DNA of 53,744 nucleotides, taken from a virus (taxonomy: Duplodnaviria; Caudoviricetes). The position numbers and the translations under genes are program-made. The notes under the pieces are model-generated. The model made no database searches. It was not told the DNA's origin and worked only from the letters and a program-made list of their open reading frames with translations. Location: the IMG/VR virus record IMGVR_UViG_3300023174_000218, positions 1-53,744 of that record; one strand, given 5' to 3'. This document shows, in pieces, positions 1 to 9,373 of the stretch; position 1 is the first letter of the stretch, and the number at the start of each line of letters is the position of its first letter.

Positions 1-806
1 ATAGGTGGACGTTTGTTTTCTGCTGCCCATGCTATGTCCAAAGCCTTATCAAAAATTTCTTTTGTAAACTCTGGATTATAAGATACAACAAATTCTTTAT
101 AATCTTGATTTGCTTTAAGTTCATAAATAAATACGATTTCTTTTGGTGCTACTTCCAAAAGGTTTTCTTCAACCATTAGATGGCATAGGTGCAGGTATAC
201 CTGACCCTGTAACTGATGCATTCTAAATGGAGCTTTGATTTGTTTCCAAGCCTGCTCTATATCTCCATTAGCTTGTTGAAGAATTGCAGGTGCCTCAAAA
301 CGTAAAGTTCCTGAACCAATAGATTTAATTTCAATAAGGCAGTCATCGCCTAATCCTTTGATCCAACCATCAGCATGACCACGCATCATATGCTTATCAC
401 TACGTAGCGGGACTTCTTTATATTCTGCCCAACCTACCTGCACATCTTTAGATAAAGCCCAACCAATACCAGTTTCATCTTGCCATTTACCATAGAGCAC
501 ACCCATTTCTGCAAACCATCTTTGCCATTTAGCATGAATAGTGTGGCCTTCTTCAAAGATAGATGCAAGACGAGCAGTAGTTTTATCACGGGTTTCTGTA
601 TAGTTACCAGTTACAGCGTGGTACTGCGCTAACGCACACCAATCTTCTTTAATAATATCGGATGGGTGAATATAACTCATGTCACGTTTGTCAAACGGCT
701 TAGACAAAACATACCGTTCTACTGCACCCATAAGACGAGTTTCTCTTTTACTTGTATTAAGAAATGCCTTCAAATCTTTACTGGCGATAGTCTTAGGTTT
801 TGCCAT
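1..806 (-). CDS. Cas4/RecB-like PD-(D/E)xK exonuclease (3' end runs off the window)
   Basis: Not in the ORF track; translated by hand from ATG 806: MAKPKTIASKD...HPSDIIKEDWC...GHTIH...GHADG...IEIKS...QGQVY. Shows RecB-family D, ExK and QxxxY motifs plus an N-terminal Cys. Confidence 0.8.
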   Translation of the reverse strand, partial: MAKPKTIASKDLKAFLNTSKRETRLMGAVERYVLSKPFDKRDMSYIHPSDIIKEDWCALAQYHAVTGNYTETRDKTTARLASIFEEGHTIHAKWQRWFAEMGVLYGKWQDETGIGWALSKDVQVGWAEYKEVPLRSDKHMMRGHADGWIKGLGDDCLIEIKSIGSGTLRFEAPAILQQANGDIEQAWKQIKAPFRMHQLQGQVYLHLCHLMVEENLLEVAPKEIVFIYELKANQDYKEFVVSYNPEFTKEIFDKALDIAWAAENKRPP

Positions 807-1125
807 ACTTTCTGCCCTCTTTCTCCAACCACTCAGTAAGAGTGAGCCCCTGCTTCTCATACTTGCGTTGAGCTGCGTTACGTTCTCTGTGTGACATACC
901 ACCAAAGATTCCGTGTAGCTCATTATTAATTATAGCCTCCTTTAGACACTCTTGTCTAACCGGGCATTCTGGCTTGCCATCTGTACCCCAACAGATTGCT
1001 TTGGCCTTATCAGCTATAGGTTTATATAAAGCTTTATCTCGTGGTGGAAAAAATATCTCTGTATCTTCTCCCTGACATTTTGCTTCATATCGCCAAGTCC
1101 AGCTGGGGTCATCGCTGTAACGCAC
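793..1125 (-). CDS. whiB: WhiB-family transcription factor (copy 1)
   Basis: W..AKC..EDTEIFFP...AKAIC(x8)CPVRQECL..A......GIFGG.S..ER; four Cys and a G(I)FGG turn. Confidence 0.9.
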   Translation of the reverse strand: MRYSDDPSWTWRYEAKCQGEDTEIFFPPRDKALYKPIADKAKAICWGTDGKPECPVRQECLKEAIINNELHGIFGGMSHRERNAAQRKYEKQGLTLTEWLEKEGRKYGKT

Positions 1126-1445
1126 TAGTCACCTCTTATAGAATTACGTAATTCAAAAAAATCCTCCTCTAAAAGAACGACGTAATTCTCACCATCAAGG
1201 TGAAGCCCTAGAACCGGAGTACGGCTATCTAGTATTGCTTCCTTTGTAATTTTTTGAAGTACCTCTGACTTAATAGTCACTGACTTCTTTCCAGTCCACT
1301 TATGTTCTATTAAAAGATCGTCACTTCTGACGTCTCCTTTACGAGACCAAAATGCACCAGAGGCGGCACTGCGCTTACCACCTGCTATTTTTTCTAAACG
1401 TTTTTCATGCTTTAAAGATTGTTTCTGTCCTTCACTCTTCATCAA
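1125..1445 (-). CDS. Holliday junction resolvase-like PD-(D/E)xK nuclease
   Basis: E...SGA....KGDV.....LIEHK motif, 106 aa, directly downstream of recA. Confidence 0.75.
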   Translation of the reverse strand: MMKSEGQKQSLKHEKRLEKIAGGKRSAASGAFWSRKGDVRSDDLLIEHKWTGKKSVTIKSEVLQKITKEAILDSRTPVLGLHLDGENYVVLLEEDFFELRNSIRGD

Positions 1446-2493
1446 TTGCTTCGATCATAAGAGCTGGCCCTGCCTTTAATGTGTCCATTACAGCACGGCT
1501 AATCTCATCTCTCAACTCGATCTCTTCTCTGAGAGAATCAATAAGAGCTTGTGCTCCTTGCCACTTACGTTCACCATAGTACATCCAACCACCACGACGA
1601 TCTACAATACCATTAAGAATAGATAATGCCACAATCTCTTTGCCGGTGTCAAATCCACCTGCATCAATTGCACCACCATCTGCAAAATAAAAGTCTAAAT
1701 ACGCTGTTTGCTGTGGTGGAAAGGTCTTGTTCTTAATAGTTCTAACGCGAATAGTCTGTCCAACACGACGCTTATCCTGTCCAGTGCCAACCTCAAGCCA
1801 GTCATCACGTTTGACTTCTGCTCGAATACTATAGGCATAGTCTTTTCCAAGACCACCTGGCGTGGTGCGTGGGTCTCCATGCATAACTCCAATTTTCATA
1901 CGATACTGATTAATCATAATTCCTAGTACTGGGCGCTCTGCCTCTACTAAATCGCGTTTTGTAGCTGAGGCTACTTTTCTAAAGAATTTGTTCGTGATGA
2001 GGGCTCCGCGTCCCACAGTGAATTCTTCCATGTGTTTTTCGTCTTCCGCTGAAGGAACGAGAGCGGGGAGAGAATCAACAACAACCATGTCAACAGCCTT
2101 ACTTTCCATAAATTGGATAACCGCATCAAATGCATCCTCCATACTATTAGTTTCTACAAGAATAACACGCTGAGTATCTACGCCACAAAGCTCTGCATAC
2201 TTTGCATCAAACGCTTCTGCAGCAATCCATACCGCAGTAAATTCAGGATTAAGTTTTTGGTTAGCACCAATAGTCTTAAGAGCTAATGCTGTCTTACCAT
2301 GTGAAGCTTCACCAACTAACTCTACCCAATGATTCATAGGCCAGCCACCACCAAGCACAACGTCAAGCGTTAGAGAACCGGTAGTAATACGCTCTGCTAG
2401 TCGAACTTTATCTGCAGTAACTACTGTTCCTGCACCAAGCTTCTTATTGATGTTTGCTACAACTTTAAGTGCTTCTGAATTTATAACGGACAT
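1432..2493 (-). CDS. recA: RecA-like recombinase
   Basis: TGSLTLDVVLGGG, Walker A GEASHGKT, VVVDSLPALVP, INQYRMKIGVMHGDPRTTPGG, KNKTFPP. Confidence 0.95.
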   Translation of the reverse strand: MSVINSEALKVVANINKKLGAGTVVTADKVRLAERITTGSLTLDVVLGGGWPMNHWVELVGEASHGKTALALKTIGANQKLNPEFTAVWIAAEAFDAKYAELCGVDTQRVILVETNSMEDAFDAVIQFMESKAVDMVVVDSLPALVPSAEDEKHMEEFTVGRGALITNKFFRKVASATKRDLVEAERPVLGIMINQYRMKIGVMHGDPRTTPGGLGKDYAYSIRAEVKRDDWLEVGTGQDKRRVGQTIRVRTIKNKTFPPQQTAYLDFYFADGGAIDAGGFDTGKEIVALSILNGIVDRRGGWMYYGERKWQGAQALIDSLREEIELRDEISRAVMDTLKAGPALMIEAIDEE

Positions 2494-2882
2494 TACTCTA
2501 GTCTCCCTACGATTGTTGTTGGATTAAACCCGCCACTTTGTCCTACTTGTTTTGATGCTACTACTGGACCATTACCGGTACCAGTTCCAGATAATCCAGA
2601 ACCTTGTTGAACAATAGGATATCCACAGTCGTAACAACGCATGCGTCCACCGGCAGGAGTAGACATGTAATTTCCTGAATAGCATGCAGGACAACGATCA
2701 GCATTTCTTGCACTCTGTGCTTTAGTGACTAACTGATCTTGATTAGGATCATAACTTACCTGTGTATTTGGAGCACCAGGAGTTGCTTTATACACATTAC
2801 CGGTCGGAGGTGCCGTAGCCGGAGTAGGAGTACTATTTGGAGTACTACCTAATTTATTTGCCCACCAATTATTACTCATCAT
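2493..2882 (-). CDS. hypothetical protein with Zn-ribbon
   Basis: CPAC...CYDCGYP; coupled to both neighbours. Confidence 0.7.
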   Translation of the reverse strand: MMSNNWWANKLGSTPNSTPTPATAPPTGNVYKATPGAPNTQVSYDPNQDQLVTKAQSARNADRCPACYSGNYMSTPAGGRMRCYDCGYPIVQQGSGLSGTGTGNGPVVASKQVGQSGGFNPTTIVGRLE

Positions 2883-3306
2883 CTACCGCCAATGACTTTA
2901 TCAGTCCTAGATTAAATAAAGTTGACACACAAGATACTGAAGAAGACAACGCAACAAGCCTAAACAGTCTAGTTAGTTGTTCTACATCTTGTACGCCAAG
3001 CTTTCCTAATTCATCATAGTCTTCCTCTTCATCCTCAATCATGTACGCTGAAGCAGCGATCTTGGATGTAATATCAGCATGAGAGTCTATAAAAGGAAGC
3101 AATGTTGCAAATTTTTCTAAACGTTTTTGACTTTCACGCTCTTCCATCTCTGCAACGTCATCAGAAATAGGAGGCAAACCCATAGCATATGCAATTTTTT
3201 CTGCAGGCATAAGCATAGTATCGTAAATAACTTGACGTATTAAAACAGGCAAGGGAAGATGTTTAATCTGACCACGTTTTGCCTTAGGTTTTTTATTCCA
3301 GAACAT
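2872..3306 (-). CDS. hypothetical protein
   Basis: 144 aa ORF with TAATG overlap to polA. Confidence 0.7.
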   Translation of the reverse strand: MFWNKKPKAKRGQIKHLPLPVLIRQVIYDTMLMPAEKIAYAMGLPPISDDVAEMEERESQKRLEKFATLLPFIDSHADITSKIAASAYMIEDEEEDYDELGKLGVQDVEQLTRLFRLVALSSSVSCVSTLFNLGLIKSLAVDDE

Positions 3307-5282
3307 TATTTAGCTTCTCCCCAACGTTGCACGGTTTTTACATCTGCGATCATTGGGATATTAAGTGCTTTAATACCTTCCATGGCTTCACGAATAGCTG
3401 CTGCTGTTTCTTCAGCTAAATGATCTGGAGTAACAGTTACCAATTCATCGTGGATAGTCAAGATTAAACTTGACTCTGCCGGGATCAACTTATGTGCCCT
3501 AATCATAGCAAGCTTTATAAGATCTGCCGAAGATCCCTGAATTACCGTGTTAAACGCTTGACGCTCTGCCCTAGAGCGTTGCCACATAACATTTGATCGT
3601 AAGTCAGGGATATACCTACGACGGTTTAGATAAGTCAAAGCGTAGGGAACTGGGCCACGTCTACGGCTATCAGCAATAACTTGCTTTTTGTATTTAGCAA
3701 CTGATGGGAACTTAACCATAAAAGCATCCAATAGGTTGCGTGCTTCATTAACCGATACACCAATTGATTCAGCAATCTTATCTGGACCAACTCCGTACAT
3801 CATAGCTAACACAAGAGTCTTGGCAGCATCACGAGTTACTCCAACAGTATTTCCAATAGTAGTATAAATATCTACGCCTTCAAGATAAGAGGTACACATA
3901 ATTCTATCGCCACTAAATGAAGCAAGAACACGTGGCTCAATCTGAGAATAATCTGCTACAACAAGTTTACTGCCTTCAGGAGCAACAAACAGATTACGGA
4001 TAGCTTTACCGTTTAGTGTACGTGGGTTAGGAACGTTTTGTAAGTTAGGATTACGACTAGAGAATCGCCCGGTCTCTGCACCGTACTGGATAAAATCTGT
4101 GTGGATCTTACCATTAAGTAAAAGGCTTTTCTTAGCCACAGTCTTAGACTTACCAAGAAGTGTTCGCGTAATATCTCCACCCATGTAAGGAATAACGTAG
4201 GTTGTCAACAACTTATTAAGGTCTGAGTAGTTAAGCATTTCATCTACCAAAGCGTCTTTGCCAGCAAACATTTTTAATGCAGGCTCTGCAACAGAAAAGT
4301 CAGCAACTGTAGGGTCTGACCCAGCTTCAATACGTTTTTCTCCTGCGGGCGTAAGTAACTTTGGACGAAGACCTCTGCCACCCTCTGTTTTTTTAGAAAA
4401 TAAAATTCTTTGTTTTTCAGGTACGCTGTTAATATTAAATGCTTTACCAGCAAACTTATAGATGTTAGCCTTTGTAGTTTCTAGTTGAAGTTCTAGGTTA
4501 CCTTTAAGTTTCTCTAACTCATTGACATCAATGTCTGCGCCACGAAGTTCCATAGTACAAATTACTTCAAGAACATCCATCTCTAAATTAAACAATCCGC
4601 GAAGGTTATCTGTATCTAATTTATCAGCATACTTGTTCCAAAGTTTCCAGGTCCACTCAGCATCAAGACCGGCATAGGTTGCCACCTCATCAAAAGAATA
4701 TACCTCTACTTCTTTACCAACACCCTTAACCATGTGGTAACCAAACTCACGCTTTAAACAATCATCAAGACCAAGGTTAAGGCGATCTTGTGTGTTAATA
4801 ATAAATGCAGCATTAAGGGTACATGCATATGGCTGCGCCGGAAGTTTACCAAAATACTTAGTAACACTCTGTAGATCAAACTTTAAGTTGTGCCCGATCT
4901 TAACCTTGTCACTAAAGAACAAGGGTTTTAATGCTTTAAATACTTCACCCGGAGTTAATTGATCAGGTGCCTCAGTAAAAATCTTTGTGGCTTTACGTTC
5001 ATCTTTGCTGTAATCAGATGCACGAATAGGTAAGCCTTTAATAATACGATCTTGTGCAGAGGGAAGCAATGGATATTCTGTACGAATATAGTCACCATTT
5101 GGATGACCCATAGGAATAACATCCACACGGCCTTCAGTGGCCAGTGCGATCCAAGTGATTATATTTTGGCGAGGATCTCCCCGATGATCCCCTACAGTTT
5201 CCACGTCAAAAACAAAGGCATCTTGTTCACTGTAATAAAAAACAAGATCCTCTAATTTTTCTAGTGTGGTAATAATATTCAT
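3306..5282 (-). CDS. polA: family A DNA polymerase with 3'-5' exonuclease
   Basis: ExoI FDVET, GHNLKFD, YAGLDA; TGRFSSRNPNLQN; motif A ADYSQIEPRVLA, motif B RDAAKTLVLAMMYG, motif C TIHDEL. Start moved to ATG 5282, which has a GAGGAG SD. Confidence 0.95.
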   Translation of the reverse strand: MNIITTLEKLEDLVFYYSEQDAFVFDVETVGDHRGDPRQNIITWIALATEGRVDVIPMGHPNGDYIRTEYPLLPSAQDRIIKGLPIRASDYSKDERKATKIFTEAPDQLTPGEVFKALKPLFFSDKVKIGHNLKFDLQSVTKYFGKLPAQPYACTLNAAFIINTQDRLNLGLDDCLKREFGYHMVKGVGKEVEVYSFDEVATYAGLDAEWTWKLWNKYADKLDTDNLRGLFNLEMDVLEVICTMELRGADIDVNELEKLKGNLELQLETTKANIYKFAGKAFNINSVPEKQRILFSKKTEGGRGLRPKLLTPAGEKRIEAGSDPTVADFSVAEPALKMFAGKDALVDEMLNYSDLNKLLTTYVIPYMGGDITRTLLGKSKTVAKKSLLLNGKIHTDFIQYGAETGRFSSRNPNLQNVPNPRTLNGKAIRNLFVAPEGSKLVVADYSQIEPRVLASFSGDRIMCTSYLEGVDIYTTIGNTVGVTRDAAKTLVLAMMYGVGPDKIAESIGVSVNEARNLLDAFMVKFPSVAKYKKQVIADSRRRGPVPYALTYLNRRRYIPDLRSNVMWQRSRAERQAFNTVIQGSSADLIKLAMIRAHKLIPAESSLILTIHDELVTVTPDHLAEETAAAIREAMEGIKALNIPMIADVKTVQRWGEAK

Positions 5283-5286
5283 TGCT

Positions 5287-5337
5287 CTCCTCTGATAGTA
5301 GAGGAGCCCGTGAGAAAGGAGGTAGACCGGGCCCCTC
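5287..5337 (-). promoter_or_regulatory. structured leader of polA (hairpin with anti-SD loop; alternative SD-sequestering hairpin)
   Basis: Minus strand: GAGGGGCCCG-GTCTACCTCCTTTCTCA-CGGGCTCCTC, then TACTATC-AGAGGAG-AGCA-ATG. Confidence 0.55.
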
Positions 5338-5353
5338 AAGTTAATGGGTATGA

Positions 5354-6058
5354 CTAATTGCTTGCTGCAATTTCACGAGCAATCTCTGCAAGTTCTGCCT
5401 TAGTGGACATGTGGAGAGAATCTTGTCCAAGAGGTTTCATTGTTTTGATTAACTCAGCAGCTGCAATAGGATCAATTTCCCATTCATCAGCAAGGTCACG
5501 TTCCTTTACAGGAACGATAGAGTAAGAAGTCTTGGTGCCTTGACCAGTCTTACTTACTGCCCAATATAAGTCAGGACGATTGAGTGGACCTGTCTTCGCA
5601 TTTGAAGCAAGCTTTTCAAGTTGACCGCATAGGCGAACTCCGACAATCATTAGTTGGAGTTGTGGGTCTTCATCAGAAAGGTTAAGAACAGTAAATGCAA
5701 ACTTTTGGTCTGGCTTACTACCCACAGCAATTAGTGGGTCACCTTCACCAATACTAATGAATGACTTTTTACCTGGACGATTAATCCAATGCTGCATAAA
5801 TACCATTGGTTCGTCCGAGATGAATTTAATGAGTTGAACATCTTCGTCAAAACGGAAATCCGTTGCGAAGGTTTTTGTTGATTTAGCTACAGCTTTCTTA
5901 GCTGCGCCCCAACCTGATTGAATAACAGATGAGTGTGAAGGAACTTCATTCTCATCTTCAGGTGTAAAGAGTTCTTCCAACTCTTCTTGGTTAGGTGTTG
6001 TTGTTGCATAAGAACCTACGTTTGGTAGATCTTTTTGTATTTTTAATGAAGCGCTCAT
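5354..6058 (-). CDS. putative single-stranded DNA-binding protein (gp32-like)
   Basis: Adjacent to polA; IKF...QHW...DPL...GPL...VSKTGQGTKTSYSI pattern resembles phage gp32-like SSBs. SD GAGGAAG before ATG 6058. Confidence 0.55.
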   Translation of the reverse strand: MSASLKIQKDLPNVGSYATTTPNQEELEELFTPEDENEVPSHSSVIQSGWGAAKKAVAKSTKTFATDFRFDEDVQLIKFISDEPMVFMQHWINRPGKKSFISIGEGDPLIAVGSKPDQKFAFTVLNLSDEDPQLQLMIVGVRLCGQLEKLASNAKTGPLNRPDLYWAVSKTGQGTKTSYSIVPVKERDLADEWEIDPIAAAELIKTMKPLGQDSLHMSTKAELAEIAREIAASN

Positions 6059-6116
6059 GGCTTCCTCTCTTTTACTTGGCTGATAGCTGAGACCCAAGGG
6101 TCTTTACGCTAGGTGA

Positions 6117-6584
6117 TTAGTTAGTTTCTTGATCATGAATTACTTTCCAAGATTCTGCCAATTCAATTGACATATCTGGATAGCGATTCCAATCAATTCT
6201 CGGAGCCTCTAGGAGTCCACGAGAGTTGAAGATCTTAACAGTTGCCTCAATCATTGCTTTAGAATACATCCGCCATCCTGGCTTCTTTACTCCATTTACA
6301 ACGATTGACTTTAGGCGATAGGGTGCACGTGGTATATAACCTTTTCGTTCCCAAAGCCGTAGAGTAACTATCGGTCTTCCTAGTGCTTGGCACAATGACC
6401 CTGCACTATATAATTCTACCACGTTTCCGTTAGGTAGTTTTTTAACCTGTGGATTTGCATCCCAGGAACCTTCTTCTTTTGCCTTCTTTGGTTTAATATT
6501 TGGATCTACAGGGCGGCGTTTCTTCTTAGACCCTGGATAGAAATCATCTAGGCCGCTAAAGAATTTGTCTACCTGGTCTTCCAT
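6117..6584 (-). CDS. MerR-like helix-turn-helix DNA-binding protein
   Basis: YSAGSLCQALGRPIVTLRLWERKGYIP...GWRMYS. Confidence 0.75.
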   Translation of the reverse strand: MEDQVDKFFSGLDDFYPGSKKKRRPVDPNIKPKKAKEEGSWDANPQVKKLPNGNVVELYSAGSLCQALGRPIVTLRLWERKGYIPRAPYRLKSIVVNGVKKPGWRMYSKAMIEATVKIFNSRGLLEAPRIDWNRYPDMSIELAESWKVIHDQETN

Positions 6585-6586
6585 AT

Positions 6587-7021
6587 TTAAGCCTTGCTAG
6601 TAAGGAATGCGTACGACACTTTCTTTGGAAACATCTTATCTACTTCTTCTTCTGTGATAAGACCTTCATATAGACATGCCATTACTTCGTCTTCTTTAAG
6701 AACTGGAAGCATTGTATAGCAACGGTCATATAAATTTTTTTCTTTAAGAAGTTCTACAGCAATTTCTTCGTCTAATGATTGTGATACTTTGCGTTGGCGT
6801 TGTAAGGAAGTGAATCCGTCAACTTCGTGGGGAAGACGGAGCCACAAGTTTCCTTTTTCATCAGGCTCACCTATAGTATCAACTAGCTCTGACAAGTCTA
6901 CTTTGATTGAATCTCGTTGCTTACTCATGTCGTCAATACGACTACGTAGAGATATAAATTCTGAGACCTTTGGCATGAAACCTGGGTCTTGTGGATCTGG
7001 GCGTTCAATAACAGTTGGCAT
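6587..7021 (-). CDS. hypothetical protein
   Basis: 144 aa; GGAGG SD; N-terminal coiled-coil-like segment. Confidence 0.75.
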   Translation of the reverse strand: MPTVIERPDPQDPGFMPKVSEFISLRSRIDDMSKQRDSIKVDLSELVDTIGEPDEKGNLWLRLPHEVDGFTSLQRQRKVSQSLDEEIAVELLKEKNLYDRCYTMLPVLKEDEVMACLYEGLITEEEVDKMFPKKVSYAFLTSKA

Positions 7022-7037
7022 TTTTCCTCCTGTTATT

Positions 7038-7066
7038 ATTCTATAGGGTAATCCTTAAGAATGCAA
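7038..7066 (-). promoter_or_regulatory. sigma70/SigA-type promoter
   Basis: TTGCAT-17 nt-TAGAAT upstream of the GGAGG SD of 6587..7021. Confidence 0.6.
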
Positions 7067-7207
7067 ATCGCCAACATAGGCTTTGAGAGCTTCAATAATC
7101 ACGTCTGTAACGGTGCGCTCTTCAATGGCAGCCTTGTCTTTCACAGCAGTCCAGAGGTCGTTAGACACACGGATAGTGCGAGTTGGGGTCTTAGGTGCGT
7201 TAGGCAT
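7055..7207 (-). CDS. ribbon-helix-helix DNA-binding protein (50 aa)
   Basis: Not in the ORF track: MPNAPKTPTRTIRVSNDLWTAVKDKAAIEERTVTDVIIEALKAYVGDLHS, a classic RHH pattern. Confidence 0.8.
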   Translation of the reverse strand: MPNAPKTPTRTIRVSNDLWTAVKDKAAIEERTVTDVIIEALKAYVGDLHS

Positions 7208-7216
7208 GCTCATATT

Positions 7217-8758
7217 CTAAACCGAAACTGCTTCTAAGAAAGCCCTAAGTGTTCCTGCCGTAAGTGTTACACCACCCTCAGTATTTATACCTTCTCCATC
7301 AATAATTGCATTTGCTACAGCCATCTTCTGAACTAACATAGAGTGTTGTCGTTCTTCAATTGATCCGTCCATAATAAAGTCTTGGATTACGATTGAGGGC
7401 CAGGTACTGGATGCTCTTCTGATTCGTCCATTACGTTGAAGTGCGAGTCCGGCATTCCACGGAAGGTCGTAGTTAATAAGTAAATTAGCTTGCGGTAAAT
7501 CAACACCATAACCCCCAGCGTCAGAGCTAACCAAAATGCGTACTTCGGGATCCGTCTGGAATTTGATTTTTGATTCTTCTTTTTCTTTAGCATTCATTGC
7601 TCCTGTATACGGGGAGGACTTGTAATTAAGTTCATTACGAATCAAGTCAACCATGTGAACATAACTTGTAAATATAACAACTTTGTTTCCTTCATACTCA
7701 CCAAGAAAGTTATCAACATACTCTTTGAGTGCGGATAGCTTTGGTGTCTGCTTTAGTTTATCAAGCTTGCCCGCCTCTTGCAACTGTCCTGCGTAACCGG
7801 AGGTAGAAGATGACACACGCACTAGTTCATGGTGATCGCATAGCATACGAAGAGCAGTAAGCTTTGACATTACCTTGCCCTTGAGTGCGTCCATCACATC
7901 GTTGGAGTGCTCCCCAGCGTAGTGGCTGAACAGATCAAATGATGAGCCAAAAGATTCCATAGCATCATCTAAATCTTTTAATAGTTCTCTTGCAATCTCT
8001 TTATATAGAACAGCTCCGGCACGATCAAACTCTACTAAAATTGGCTCCGCAAAAATTGTATCGGGTAGGTAGGGTGCAACGTCTGCATCTGTCTGTCTCT
8101 TGCGTACTGTCGTGCCTGCAAGTGTTTTACTAAGGGTAGTTAAATTACGATAACGTTCTACTCCACCAAAACGATTACGTACAATAAAGGTTTGGTCAAA
8201 TAAATCAAAACGACCTAAGACTTTAGAATCTACAAATTGCATAATGCTGTAAAGCTCTTCCGGCTTACCATTCTCAATAGGAGTACCGGTTAGCGCAAAC
8301 TTGACTGGACTAGTTAATTTTTTAACGTGTTTTGATCGTTTTGATCTGAATGATTTAATTGCTGTTGCTTCGTCACAGACGACAAAGCCTCTTGCCAAAG
8401 ACTCAACATACTCCCAATCATTAACAACCTGCTCATAATTGAGGATGACGTAGTCGGCACCTTCTGCTGTGACATACTGTTCTGCTCTTTGAGACGGGGT
8501 TCCATCCACGACCACAGTACTTGAAGACTCACCGGTAAACTTCCTAATCTGATCTGCCCACTGATACTTCAATGAGGATAAACAGATAACTATACCAGGT
8601 TCTGTAATCTTTCCTTCATCTTTTAACTTTTCAATAGCAGCAATAGTTAAAACAGTTTTACCCAGGCCAAGGTCATAGGCCACAAGCATCTTCTTGCGGT
8701 CTACCATAGCCTCTACAGCATCTACCTGATAGGGTAAAAGTGTTCCAGTAAAACTCAT
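7217..8758 (-). CDS. SNF2-family helicase/ATPase
   Basis: LLPYQ, DLGLGKT, ILNYE, VCDEAT, ALTGTPIEN, GGYGVDL, INYDLPWN...QRNGRIRR. Confidence 0.92.
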   Translation of the reverse strand: MSFTGTLLPYQVDAVEAMVDRKKMLVAYDLGLGKTVLTIAAIEKLKDEGKITEPGIVICLSSLKYQWADQIRKFTGESSSTVVVDGTPSQRAEQYVTAEGADYVILNYEQVVNDWEYVESLARGFVVCDEATAIKSFRSKRSKHVKKLTSPVKFALTGTPIENGKPEELYSIMQFVDSKVLGRFDLFDQTFIVRNRFGGVERYRNLTTLSKTLAGTTVRKRQTDADVAPYLPDTIFAEPILVEFDRAGAVLYKEIARELLKDLDDAMESFGSSFDLFSHYAGEHSNDVMDALKGKVMSKLTALRMLCDHHELVRVSSSTSGYAGQLQEAGKLDKLKQTPKLSALKEYVDNFLGEYEGNKVVIFTSYVHMVDLIRNELNYKSSPYTGAMNAKEKEESKIKFQTDPEVRILVSSDAGGYGVDLPQANLLINYDLPWNAGLALQRNGRIRRASSTWPSIVIQDFIMDGSIEERQHSMLVQKMAVANAIIDGEGINTEGGVTLTAGTLRAFLEAVSV

Positions 8759-9222
8759 GCAGATACCTCTTCAGTTAAAGTATTAGATAATCTTTTTACA
8801 GAGTTGCAAACCTTACAAGTGATAGAAATATCTTCGCCAGCATGGCGAGTACGTCGGTTACTTATGTGAGTTAAAGATTCAGCGCCAAATAGGGGGTGCC
8901 CATTTACACAAAATGTTGGGTCTAAGTTTAGTTTTCTTTTCTGAGTATTTTCTGCAATGGTTGCCTGTCTAAGGTGATCAGGATTACAACAGTTTCTTAC
9001 CATACAAAGGTGGTCTACAACTAGTCCGTCTACAATCTTTTCTTTTAATACAGACATAGTTAGGCGATGTACTAAATAGAGTGTGCCCTTAATATTAAAA
9101 CGACCATATCCGTCGTCAATTTTTCCAGTCCAAAGCCAACATGAATCAGTCTTGTTTACTTTATCCCAAAAATGTTCTGGTAATTCCTCAATAGAGTTAT
9201 AGTCTAAAGATGGTTTAGCCAT
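8755..9222 (-). CDS. HNH endonuclease with C-terminal Zn finger
   Basis: CWLWTG...GYGRF...VHRL...VDHLC..RNCCNPDHL...EN; CVNGH...CKVC. Confidence 0.88.
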   Translation of the reverse strand: MAKPSLDYNSIEELPEHFWDKVNKTDSCWLWTGKIDDGYGRFNIKGTLYLVHRLTMSVLKEKIVDGLVVDHLCMVRNCCNPDHLRQATIAENTQKRKLNLDPTFCVNGHPLFGAESLTHISNRRTRHAGEDISITCKVCNSVKRLSNTLTEEVSA

Positions 9223-9373
9223 GTTGTACATTCCCCGTCTCTGTAGATGTTACTTTACGACTCATACACCTATTGCAATAGATGTAAGTGCTACCTGTAA
9301 ATGGACAACTAATACCTTCTCCGTAGGTATGGCCAGACCTATTACAACGCCACTGTTTAAATGCTTTAATCAT
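9215..9373 (-). CDS. small Zn-finger protein (52 aa, DUF1660-like)
   Basis: Not in the ORF track: MIKAFKQWRCNRSGHTYGEGISCPFTGSTYIYCNRCMSRK...; ATGA overlap with primase and fills the gap exactly. Confidence 0.6.
   Translation of the reverse strand: MIKAFKQWRCNRSGHTYGEGISCPFTGSTYIYCNRCMSRKVTSTETGNVQHG

Noticed and set aside
1-806. Cas4 as evidence of a CRISPR-Cas system
   Set aside because: Stand-alone Cas4-like nucleases are common in phage recombination modules; no array or other cas genes are present.
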